Origin: Lingula anatina
Lineage: Eukaryota; Animalia; Brachiopoda
NCBI GenBank assembly: GCA_051362555.1
Contig: CM120641.1
Location: forward strand, 34,788,401-34,852,400
Reading direction: 5' to 3'
DNA: 64,000 bases
The notes below the pieces were generated by a model. That model was given only the letters and a program-made list of their open reading frames with translations. It was not told where the DNA came from and ran no database searches. Within the stretch, counting starts at the first letter, position 1. The number at the start of each line of letters is the position of its first letter. Position numbers and translations under genes: made by a program. Positions 1 to 11,579 of the stretch are shown here, piece after piece.

Positions 1-109
1 GAGATTCTCTGCATCCATTCCAATACAGTAATAGGTACATTAGGTATGTCCAAATAAAAGAAAATCTGTATAATAATAGAAGGAGATTGTGGAGACAGAT
101 AACCATCAC

Positions 110-1578
110 CTGTTACAATCCTCAACATCACACACGAATAACACACCGCCATTTCCACAGATGATACAATACGTCAAACTGCCATCTTCTCCATAAGCAA
201 ACATGGTCACACGCAGCTCTTCCTAGAAAGATAAATAATAAATTCTTCAAGACAATGTCATGGCAATTATATACTGAAAGAAAAAGTTGTATGGTTAAAC
301 ATGTAAAGTAATGGAAATGACTCACACTGAAGTGACAACATTTGGCTAATTAGTTGTTGACATATCTTACTAGTACATTACAATTAACTCCAATAGGTGA
401 CTTCACATCAGAGTCTAAATCTTAGAAACCATTCCCAGAGACTATTGTACTAACTTTGGATCGAACTATCTCCAGGGGGAAAACTTATAGGGGGTAATTA
501 ACTATCATTTAGCAGCTTTAGTAGGCGTATACGTACCAGAGATCTAAGCCATTTGAGCTGAAAGTAATTTAGCGAGAGACCCTGTGGTGATGGACCGATC
601 CTGTTATATCGATCTAGGGATGGGAACCCATTCTTAATCATGTAGGCCATGGGCGACACTTCAATCATAAACCCACATTTCCATCCAATGGTAAATATAA
701 AGAAGGTTGGGATTGAGCCATTCACAATAGGGTAATTGCATAGGGTAATTGTAATATTAGCCACTGTCAAGGCATCGCCTTGGTCATAAATCTATAATGT
801 CACATTTCAATTTTTTTCCCCTTAATCTTTTAATACAAACCTCACAATCTTCACAGAGCCCTCCATTGAAGTAAGGATGCTGCCCTACTATTTCTTTCTG
901 ATCATCACAGGCAATACATACATCTTGAAAAAAAAAAAAAACAAAAAAATTGTTGTCAAGTTTTTGTTTTATTAAAATCAATATTGAAAATTAAAATTTA
1001 TTTTTCAAACATTCTTTTTCTCTAGTCTTAAAAAGATGTCTTGAGCAATGGCAAAAGCATGTATACGTATGATGGTACAAAAACAAGAAACAACAGAAAC
1101 AACTTTCTTGTCAAAGAAGTTATATTACAAAAGTTTACAAATACATGTAGTTAGAAAAAGTATGCATGCTTGCTGTTGATTGTGTGTGCAGCAGGTGTGC
1201 AGTATTATTTAAAGGCAATGTTAATACTAACCCTTCATGAAAATATAAAATGCAGTGAAAAGTTGGGCACATGCAACTATTCAAATTCATATGTGAAACA
1301 TAGATATTGCTCACACCTTGCATCTCTTTTAAATGATGCACTGAAAATAAAAGTAATGCATGCTATTGTTTAAATCAATTTAGACAGCCAAATTTATAAA
1401 ACTCTTTTTCACTAATACATTGATGTCAGGGTACTTTTTGGTTTACAGATCATAGGTGTTATATGTGGACATGCCCTAGATAATCCCTGGAGACTTAGGG
1501 AAATTAAGGGGGGGCAGTCTCACTGAACTGTACCTTCTATCCTTATTGTGCCATTCCTCACACTGTCCAATACAGAGT
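110..1578 (-). CDS. DNMT3: DNMT3 ADD-domain exons (1534-1578, 841-923, 110-222)
   Basis: CxxC/HP/CxxC and YCxxC...CD..C patterns; exon sizes 45/83/113 nt with matching phases. Confidence 0.93.
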
Positions 1579-4500
1579 CTAAAATATCAAAGTCAGATAT
1601 AAGCAGTAGAAGATTTTAATTAAAATGTCAAAGTTTGCTGTGAAAATGTTGGCTTGTGAAACTAAAAATATATAACCAGGGTGCTAGTTAACACACACAC
1701 ACATGCGCGCCTTACACATGATCTAAACATAAACATCTTTAAAAATGGATATAATTTATGTGGTATTAAATCTACATTGATATGAGGATTGATGCAGTAA
1801 AAAATATTTACAGTGTAGTACCTGGGACAATTATAATAAAATGTTTATTAAGATGCTTAGTATTCTCCTTTTCATACTAATAAACATTGTAATTTCACAC
1901 CAATCTTTAAATATGCTATGGTCTTTACTGAACAAGATAATAAAACATTTAAACACTTCTGAAGAATAACTATTTGTCCTACCTTTTTTCTTCTTATCAG
2001 TTATATCCTCCTGAGATCCAGTTTCTTCCTCCTCATGTTCCTCTGCCAGTGCATTTCTTTTATCTCTAATCTTTTTCAAGTATTCCTTCACACTTTGAGG
2101 CACAGGGTGGTCTACAAAAGAAAACCCTCTCAGTACAACTGTAGCATGTAGTGATACACCTTGCTAGTTTTTTTACAAAGAAAACATAAAACTGTTTAAG
2201 GAAGCAGTTTCACATATAAAAACAGTTTTGAAATAGGATCAAATCTGATCCAAATCCAAATATCTGTGGGAATGGTCCCTATGGGTATGGGGCCTAAGTA
2301 GGTATACTATCAGTTAGTATACCTTTTGGGGGGTGAAACAAGCAATGTTTGACTTTTCCATCTACTCTGAAACCCTGCCTGGCCCAACTGATCAGCTGGT
2401 CCTCATCAAAATCAGAGACATCTTTTTCTGCACGGTCTGCACATACCTGAAAATAACAATATACTCCAAGAAATGGCCCCCAAACGTAACAAGGAAAATA
2501 AATGATTTTGTCTTGTCTCTCCTAAATATTGTGTTCAAAAAGACTGTAGCTTTGTGATTTCTTCAGTGTTATACCAAAAATTAAAGCAGGAGACTAACTC
2601 AGTGGCATCCAATAGTAAGATATGACAAAAAGCTCTACCAAATCATTTTAAAAATCAAAATTAATAAAAAAATAACATACCTTATACAGTAATTTGAATG
2701 AATAATCAATTTAATTAAAGGTTACAATGTTTTTAGAAGGATATCATATACACCCTGTATGTCCATTGAATCAGCATTTCCCTTTCCAAAATTCTGAACC
2801 AGTCTTAACTTCATTAGAAATGCTCAAGAACATTTACTTAATAGTATTTTGCATGTCAATTTTTAGCATGGTTTCATAGCTTCAACAGCACCTTTTCCCA
2901 TAACTTATTGTTATTTTGAACATACCTTAATTGCTTCAATCACACCTTTTCTAAACAACTTTCTGCTGCTCTGGTTGTTCAACCGAGAAAACTCCTCTGT
3001 GAAAGGGATTATGTGTTTGCATGCTGTCTGGATAAAAACATGTTTACATGCAAATTTGTGTGTGCCAATTACAAGCAATTAAGCATCATATCCACTTACA
3101 CACCACTGTCTCACTTACTAGTAGTTTAACTTGTTCACTCTCCTTATATCAAATCTTAAGTGTTAAATACCTTTTACATTAAATTTTTTGAATTGAAAAA
3201 TAAAATGTTTTTGCTCACCCACTTTTACATGCCTTAGTTTCCAAGATTGCATATACTTAAAAAAAAACTTGTTCAGCTAATTCAAATTAATTCCCTTTCC
3301 AATTCAATGCACAAATACAGCGCATTCATAACAATGGACTACGAAGAGATCAGCGCTCAAATATGTCAACCCACTATAAAGCTTGTCACTTAATTCCCTA
3401 TTAGACTTGAATGGTTTTTCTGCGGTGATTACCCAACAAGCATTCAAGTGTGTCGGCCATATTTGATCCCCAGATGTGTTGATCCGCTGTTCTGAATACG
3501 CTCATACGGACGCCATTTTGTACCTCTGAAATCAGATGATCTCCAAACCAGTAGACCCAGACACTGCCTGGTCTGGCAGGCCTCACTGAACAATACGCTC
3601 CCTTTATAATCATGCCAGGCCACCAGTTTTGCCCTCCAAATTTAGCCCAAACTACTTGACCAATGTCATCTGTGTTGCTTTCGCCATCAAATTCTGTTGA
3701 GAGAGAGGATTGGGCATGTGTGACAGTTTCAGAAGAGTGTCTTTTCCTTAAGGACCGATCTGCTGTCACCTCAGTTACACTGTTTGAGACAGGGAGCTCT
3801 GCTCCTTTTTGTGGTCTCTGGAGCATATGAATGACTGAATTTTGTACAATGACAACTCACTTAAACATAACACAATTACAAAATACAACTGATAAAATGA
3901 ATAGTTATATGTATATAGGCCTTAAAAAAATTAAAGAATATATTACCTGTGTTTATATAACTATATATACAATACAACAATATTTTTGTAATCTGTTTCA
4001 CATATTCACTAAAAACTTCAAACAAAATTATGTCAAAATACATTTTTCAATGTTTCCTTCATGGAATTTATTAGAGAGGGTTATTAAATATACTTTACAG
4101 GTGAGTTGGCTTCAATACCTTTGACTTAGTGTCTTCAACATGAATAAAATTTTCAAAATGTGAAAAATGATGAAAAATTTCCAAATAAGTACTGTAAGTT
4201 CAAAATTTTTGACAGAGCAAGACACACACAAATTCTTCTCAAATGAAAGCACCTTTATAATAAAAAATCTAATATAAATATTTACACCTACATCCCCATG
4301 CTTTTTATTGTCTAGTCTTTTAATCCTGACTTCACAAGCTGATAAATGTTCACCATCATTCCAGTTTACTTTAGCATTCTCTATTTGCAGGCTTCCCTTG
4401 TTCCAGGAAGAACTGGTTTTGGTAGCATTCTTCCAGTCTATCACAAACTTCTCAACCTTGGCAGGTGTAGGTCTAAATTTATAGGCCATGTTACTGCCAC

Positions 4501-5773
4501 CTCTTTCTGCCCATTTCTAGACACAAAAAAATTTTTAAAAAATCAACCAGTCCCTGTGTGTGCGCGTGTGAGAGAAAGAGCAAGTGTATACACCTTTACT
4601 TAAATATCAATATATCAATATATTGATATTATTGCTCAACAATTATGAACTTTATTTTGAGTCATTCTTGTAATGTGATCTTGTAATGTCAGTCCAATGT
4701 TTAAAAAATTAGAACTGCAAAACTGTTGATAAAATTGAATTTTCTCAACAGTTTTTGGTGTAAATGGAAATTATTGTTTTGTTTTTATTCATCAATTAAA
4801 GTTTTAAATCAGAACAAATCAATAAAACAAAATAATAAATAAAGATAAATTAATAAAAATATACATAATACCATACTAATATAGAATTTCCTAAAATATT
4901 AGAAAAACCTTTACAAAATTAAAATGTACTGAAAAAAAAAAAAAACATACCTAACTGCAAAAAAATAACGTAACCAATTTTCATAAAAAAATAGAATATC
5001 CATGAAAAATTTACTTTTAATAACTGGGTAATACTCGTCTCTTTTTCTTTGGGTTGTGACAAGTCCCTTGTCCTTAGTCTTCCTCTGGTGGGCATAAAAC
5101 TATCTTGACCATTTAAAAGGGATTCTAATTCTTTTTGTCCCACCAAGCTTTTTCTTTTTGGAACTTTATGTTGATCTGTCTGAGACAAACCAGTAAGACT
5201 GCTATTTGTAAAAGCTGAGGTGATGTCCATATGATCTTCTTCTTGCTCATTCTTTGCCACCTCTTCTTGTTCACTAAAATGACCTCCTGCAGAGCAATCA
5301 GTTGCTGGATGGGAGAGTATGATTTTCTCAGGAAGAGTAACTTTAACATAATTATGATCACCTTGATATTCATACCCATGTTTCTTTTCTGGTGGAATTG
5401 AATATATCTCTTGAGATTCTGAGCAATTTGGGTGCTTCAAAGTTTTCTTGTAGCTATTGGTGACCCATATGGTAGATTTCTGGTTAACTAAGTCACTGCG
5501 AATACATTGTTGCAGAAGTTTCCTCTGGTTGGCCTCATCAAATGAAAAGGCACCAGACTGTGGCGCCGCCCTAGTGTCCTGCTTTGGTGCAAAAGAAGGG
5601 CCCGGTCTTGATAACTCCAAAAGTTTTAGCATTTTTCTTCTTAGCCTTATGGATACTCTTGACTTTCTAAAAACAAAATTTACAGAGTTTTGTCTTGGCT
5701 GTCTGGAATGTCTCGACTTCCTACAAGCCAAATTCACTGGCTTTCCTCTTCGTTGCCTTGATGATCTGAGCAT
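110..5773 (-). CDS. DNMT3: DNA (cytosine-5)-methyltransferase 3 (DNMT3), N-terminal/PWWP/ADD part; gene continues left of the window
   Basis: Phase-consistent GT-AG coding exons 5015-5773, 4292-4516, 3524-3817, 2926-3027, 2323-2446, 1983-2111, 1534-1578, 841-923, 110-222. They encode PWWP (VVWAKFGGQNWWPG...WVYWFGDHLISE; RKGVIEAIKVCADRA...LISWARQGF) followed by ADD zinc fingers (IEDVCIACDD..HPYFNGGLCEDC; AYGEDGSLTYCIICGNGGVLFVCDVEDCNR). PWWP+ADD in this order is diagnostic of DNMT3. Confidence 0.95.
425..633. mobile_element. PIF/Harbinger-type MITE in a DNMT3 intron
   Basis: TTA TSD; ends ..CCATTCCC / GGGAACCC..; subterminal GATCGA; homologous to 59767-60013 and the fragment at ~24371. Confidence 0.7.
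2323..3817 (-). CDS. DNMT3: DNMT3 PWWP-domain exons (3524-3817, 2926-3027, 2323-2446)
   Basis: NWWPG and WFGD motifs; helical part KLFRKGVIEAIK and ISWARQGF align with DNMT3A RKAIYEVLQ and IEWALGGF. Confidence 0.93.
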
Positions 5774-6062
5774 TTTAAAATAGTTATCTGCAATGAAAAA
5801 AACACTGATTTTTTAAAATCAACACTTCCTTTAGAACAAAAATTACTGATACCACAAATGAAGTCTGATCGAAACTTTATCAGATCGGAAGACTTCAAAC
5901 TACAGAATGATAAAATATTAAACAGTATTTGCCGTACTAGTAGGCCCAGGTGTACACAGACTAGTAGGTTATATAAATTAGACAGTTTATGAACTCACTT
6001 ACAGCTTCACAGTTTTTAAAAACAACATTAAATTATATATTAAAAACTGCATTAAAACTCAC

Positions 6063-6210
6063 CGAAAATGAATTTGGAATTGTACCGCAAACCCTGCGCA
6101 AACCAACAAGCACGTTGAAAAGATCCAGCTACACGCTAACCGGTCCCAACTGGTGCCGACTAGACCACAACCGGATCATACCGACCACGCTCAAATCATT
6201 ACCATTTTGA
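6063..6210 (-). other. Probable non-coding first exon / TSS region of DNMT3
   Basis: Strong donor CG|GTGAGT at 6063/6062, acceptor TTGCAG before 5787 just upstream of the ATG at 5773, locally CpG-rich; only short stop-terminated ATG ORFs. Confidence 0.55.
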
Positions 6211-6855
6211 TGCTGCTTAATATTGCATTATATTAAATTGTTTTCAGTCCTGTTTAAAAGTATTTTTGCAACTGTTTGGGTGCATTTTTATGTTATCCTG
6301 ACTAATATATACTAGTAGGCCGGTTTATAAAGCAGGAACCCCAAGAACTGGGAAGACGGTCCCGATTTATGCGAAATTTCAAGCTTCCAAAATAGTTTTA
6401 TGGCATCTCGCATGATTTCATTGTCAGAACCTATTTGTGTGTGTTTATTCTATTTTTTTTTTTTTTTTTTTTTTTTTGGACATGTATGTTAGTTGTATTA
6501 AGTATGCCTATGAAATTATCCCGTCTTACTCCGCTGTTGGTCCTTCATTATAAAGGATAAAAAAATGTTCACTGTAGGCCTATCCAATTCATCCTTGATA
6601 TTTTATTATGAAATACAAATTAATTTTAGCCTTTCGTATAGCAAATTACGAAAAATTATTTTCCTAAACATTTCAGCAATTTACCTTATCTTGTACTCTT
6701 CTCAAAATTGTTTAAATTTAGGCTACCATTTTTAATCGTCCCGATTGAAAATAAATCTTAGGACGTGAACTTAGAACCCCCAAATAGGATATTAATTTTG
6801 TTAACGGTCCTGGATATGGTATATCTTGGTGGTTTTGACAAATCGTGTTGATACA

Positions 6856-7112
6856 CAGGGGCGGATCCCAGATTATTCGAAGGGGGGGGGGGTCCGCGGA
6901 TGCGAAACCGACCGCCCCCCCCCCCCCCCCCTTGGCGGGCCCCGAAAATTTGTGGTATTTTATAGGGTGAACGGTGCCATTTGGTACGGTTTAGAACTTT
7001 GATTAAGCTAGTCAAAAATTCAAATTTGAAGAGGGAACCTTTGATGTGTTTTTTTTTCAAAAATCGAAGGGAGAGTCAGGACCCCCAGGACCCCCCTCTA
7101 AATCCGTCACCG
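6856..7112. mobile_element. CAGGGGC-ended MITE, same family as 57887 and 54142
   Basis: CAGGGGCGGATCCCAGATTATTCGAAGGGG...GCCATTTGGTACGGTTTAGAACT...AAATCCG shared among the copies. Confidence 0.75.
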
Positions 7113-10100
7113 TGTGTGTGTGTGTGTGTGTGTCTATATAATTTTTACTTAAAGTGCTTATACGCATGTACTTATCGTGTGCCTTCTTTAAACTGCAGAG
7201 GAAATGGTGTGAAAAAATACGAGACAGAAGATAAACATAATTAAATTTCAAGTAGAGATATGGGCAAATTAATTTCATGACATGCAGAGTAAGTAAACAG
7301 TTTCAGAGTTTTTAATCAATACCTTTATTTATAAAATTTTTGGTCGAAAGGCTTATGAAAATAATTGATTCTTGGCCTTGAAAATCTTTTTAAGACACTG
7401 TCTTTAATCAAATTGATCAGTCAATTATTGAAATAAAATTTATACTGCACTCAAACCAAAGAGTTAAACATTTATTTCATTTAACCTTTGTTTTGGATGC
7501 TGTTACAGAAAGTGTAATCGATTTACGTACAATTGAATTAATTGCCAACCTGACTATCTGTATTTCATCAATACAAGTCAATATTACATACTCAAAGGTT
7601 GTATGGCTTCTGCAAGGTCATACGTTTGTTCGACGTGACTAACAAACCTTGTCAAATGTGTGTAATGAATGGCGGAAACCCGCCTGATAAAAGTCAATCG
7701 AATTTAAATTGTTTCACAGAGGTGTTACATAATTAGGAATTATTCCGAAAGACACCATTAACCTTTTGCAATTAGTGTTTGGCACGAGTGCCGAAAGTAT
7801 AGTATAGATTACCGCACGTAGGTCATGTTGATGTCATAGTGATTTCCAGTTCAAATTGTGCAATCTCTAAATTTTATCCTGGTTATTGACGTATTGATAG
7901 GTCTTTGGATCAATATATAGGAAAAAGGTATTGATCTGGTTTTTATCCTGGTAGATAAAGGATCCTTAACAAAAACCTTCATTCAAAGACTAAAGTGAAG
8001 CACGTGATATCTAATAAAAGTTCCACTTGTTGGCAACCTATTGAGATTTTAATGAATCGTAATATATAATAAAAACACAACTAATTGAATCTTATATACA
8101 AATTACTTATTACTTTTTCTAGTCTTTGTTTTCATAAAATCAAGATGTAGCAAAATGATGAATTCATCTCTGTATAGAGGTGTCAGTTTTTTCTTTAGTC
8201 ATAAGAAAGCAAGTTAAATGTTTAGTTAGTATTTAGTGTCTTAAGTGTATCATTTTCAAAGGTTTAAGACGGGGTATTAGTTCGTTTTCGCCAAAAATTA
8301 AAATGATGTAGCTTTAAGAGAAACCTTCAACACTGCGTGACGTTGTCCTAGACTAGAAAACGCGAGAGAAGGCAATTTTCTCACTTTTCAATTATTGTTG
8401 GGAAAGGAGTTAAAGTGACTTTTGGGGTAATTTGCTAACCATCTGAGACGCAATCTTGGAATTTTCAGGGGTTGTGTTGGACATCACTGACGGTTGCTTT
8501 GGGTACCGAATAATTTCTGAAGCCGAAAATGACTTACTTGTATTTACCTCCAAAGTGCAACTCTTACGTAATCCAAACCATTATTTCTTGCATTTGTGCC
8601 TGGTAGCAGTTGTTTTGTAAATAATTTTCAAGGTAACACCCCCCCCCACACACACACACACACACACAAACACCCTAAACATCATTGGGCCTATTTGTGA
8701 AAGAAATGTATCAGAAGTTGATTAAGTACAAGGCGAACAAGGTAATGAACTTTGTTTGAACCGAACGAGATTATAAAATCGCTCTAGTACATGAAAAAGC
8801 GCTTGATATATTGATTTGACTGAACGGATAATATCAACTTGACTTTGCAAGACTTGGGTATCGGAACACCCTATTTAGTTCCGTCAACATATGCAACGTG
8901 TGCGTTTAAATTACCTTAAGTAATAAAAGGATAACAACTCTTCATTTTGGCAGGTAAAGTGCTGTTGTAAAGTTAATGTCTTACAGACACGATGCTTCTG
9001 TACATAATAAACAGCTAAAGATAAGGTATAATTCATTTAACTCAGCCAACATTTTAAAGACACATAACAAGCGAGCGGACAGCTCTGTACATTCCTTGCA
9101 ACGTATACAAATTACTACAAGTTTCTAAAACATTTCAAGTAAAAACTATATGCCAAAGACAACCCAAATCAATCACTCGATTAGCCGAATAAAGGCTTTA
9201 AAACTGCATCCACATGTACTTCAAATTTGTAGTCGTAAACTTGACAAAAGAAACTATGGAAAGACAACAATAAAGGATGGACAAACATGAGATTCTCCAA
9301 AATCCAGGTACTGGCACATTACAAAAAAGAGTGGAAAAGCTTAGTGTGCGGTGTCTACATTTATTATTATTATTATGGAATTCAGTGATAAAGGAAGGAA
9401 GGAAATCTTGACAACTTGTCTGTCCCTGTAGTTCGTTATAAAATGAAAATTGAAACGAAAGAAAATACTGAAACGAGACCCTGTGGTGTATTTCTTTAGA
9501 TTTTACTATTTGAAACTATATGGTATCATTTGGTCGTGTTTTGTGACAATAGTTGGACATGTCTACTCACTTAATATCCATCTTTAAATATTAATAAAGG
9601 CAATCAATAAAGGAATGGGTTAGATTAATTTGCTACCGACCGGCCTTTAAGGCCCTAAATTGTTAATTCTCATAAAAGCGCTTTGAATTTTTCGATATAA
9701 TCTAATAACTCTTGTACCTGTATAAGCTGTGTTGATGATTTTTATATACGGGTTCAGAATGACCCGATAAGTTTATGAAAGAAGTGGACAAATTGATTTA
9801 TTGATTTTCCTTTGGAACAATGCACTATCGCCTTTTCGCTACTAAAGTTAAATACTTTAACTGCCTATCTACGTCCCTGCTTCAGCAATTAAGTTGTGTG
9901 GTGTTCTACTTTTTAGCATAATGCTTGACAGAATGATCGATTACTCAACCATCTTTATCGAAAGAGGGTATAATTTTTTTTAATTTTTCAGCAATGTGTG
10001 CGATGTGATCCTCTAACATAAGGCAATATGAAAACAAGAGGTTTTGCTAGAGTTAAATTATAAGAATGGTTGAAAATCCGTTTGAGTTTCATTTGTAATA

Positions 10101-11503
10101 TGTAAATATATAGAGAGGTAAATTTTACTTTTCCTGAAGACCGCCAGCAACAGATTTCCACTTAATGATTTACAGGCGCCTTTATGTCAATCAGCAGAAT
10201 TCTTCTCAAGTCACAATCTTTCACAGACACCAATTCCTCTAGGCCACACTGCTTAAATTTTACGGATGACATCCTTGTGCACATTAATTTTCACCTGTTC
10301 TCAAAAAAAAAAAAAAAAAAAAAAAAAAATCACCTCCTCGGAACTCAGGAACTGACTGCCGTTGTGACAGGAATGGTAGTCCTAGGAAATAGATATATAA
10401 GCTTTTTACTTTTGGAACGGGGCCCGGTAGTCTACGAAAAGCGTCCATGCATGGTACCAGTGCCTTTGAAATTCAAAATTGAGTGGACGCCATAAGTGTC
10501 GCAGACAGAAGACCTAAGAAAACAGTACCGCAGACTCGATACTTACACTAGTGTAAGAGCTCTTGTATATACAGTGGACGACGGGTAGTTGCAACCGACT
10601 TATACCACGGCTAATCACCCCTAAATAATTACTCAAAGGCAATATTTAATCATTATGAATAATGATTGCTAAATCAAAATAATGAATTTAATATTACTTA
10701 AAAGAAGACAGTAGCCTTGTTTGAAAAATAAATGTGACTTTCATGTCATTAAAATATGTTAGTTGAAATTTTCGGTTTGCGGAATTACGCAGACACACAC
10801 ACACTATTAGTGTTCTCAGATGACACAGATTAATAATATATCAAATTTCTGTAACATTTTAAGTGGAAATATTTCACAAATGTTTTTTTTTTTTTTTTTT
10901 TTTGCTTTATTCAAGCATGTTTGGGGTGCCAGTAGGAGTAAATATCGTTCAAGTGTGACTGATATTTATGAACCAACTTCTGTAAATGGTAGCATGGAAC
11001 GCAGTGAAGCGTATGAAACACAGGCAGCCTGTATGCGAAATACAAATGCATTTATCCTATTATTTGAAGCGCCAGTCGTGATATAAGAAGTTAAATTATA
11101 GCACAAAAATGATCGAAGGATCAATAATTGACAACCAAGGCCCACTACTTACAATAATAACCCCAACGTTATGAAACAAAACATCTCGACATAGTGACAT
11201 TTGATTTATAGATAAATCAATAATACCTCTTAAACACGTGCGTTACTCTCTCACAAAGTAGGTCCACTCTCATGAATCCATGTATCGACCCTAAATTCAT
11301 TATACGAATCGGTATCTGAAAAGGGTTACCTTTGGCATTTTGTAAGCATCTTGACATATAGAGGGGATTGTGCAAATACAATAAATAATTTAAGGTTAAT
11401 AAGATTATCCCCAGATTATTTTATTAATATATCCGTCGACGACATTTAGAGAGTGGCGTGGTCTGCGAAGGAGCAGATAATGGACTGAAAGACCAAAGGC
11501 AAC

Positions 11504-11579
11504 ATGGAAATGTTCAACATGCTGTTGTTTGTGGTCTGTGTAATCACCACCAATGTCCTTCTAGTGTCTGGCGCAGCAA
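11504..11579 (+). CDS. Exon 1, signal peptide (MEMFNMLLFVVCVITTNVLLVSGAA)
   Basis: Kozak-like GCAACATGG, hydrophobic core, small residues at a cleavage site, phase-1 donor A|GTAAGT; conserved in the paralog at 58436. Confidence 0.85.

Noticed and set aside
5125-5783. Overlapping ORFs 5457-5783(+) and 5125-5379(-)
   Set aside because: Shadow frames of the large DNMT3 exon with no motifs.
6758-7278. Gly/Pro-rich ORFs (also 17101-17343, 54061-54378, 57906-58277)
   Set aside because: They arise from G/C homopolymers within MITEs or the Penelope arms.
10130-10620. GC-richer stretch with exon-like splice signals on the minus strand
   Set aside because: No consistent reading frame or recognisable product.
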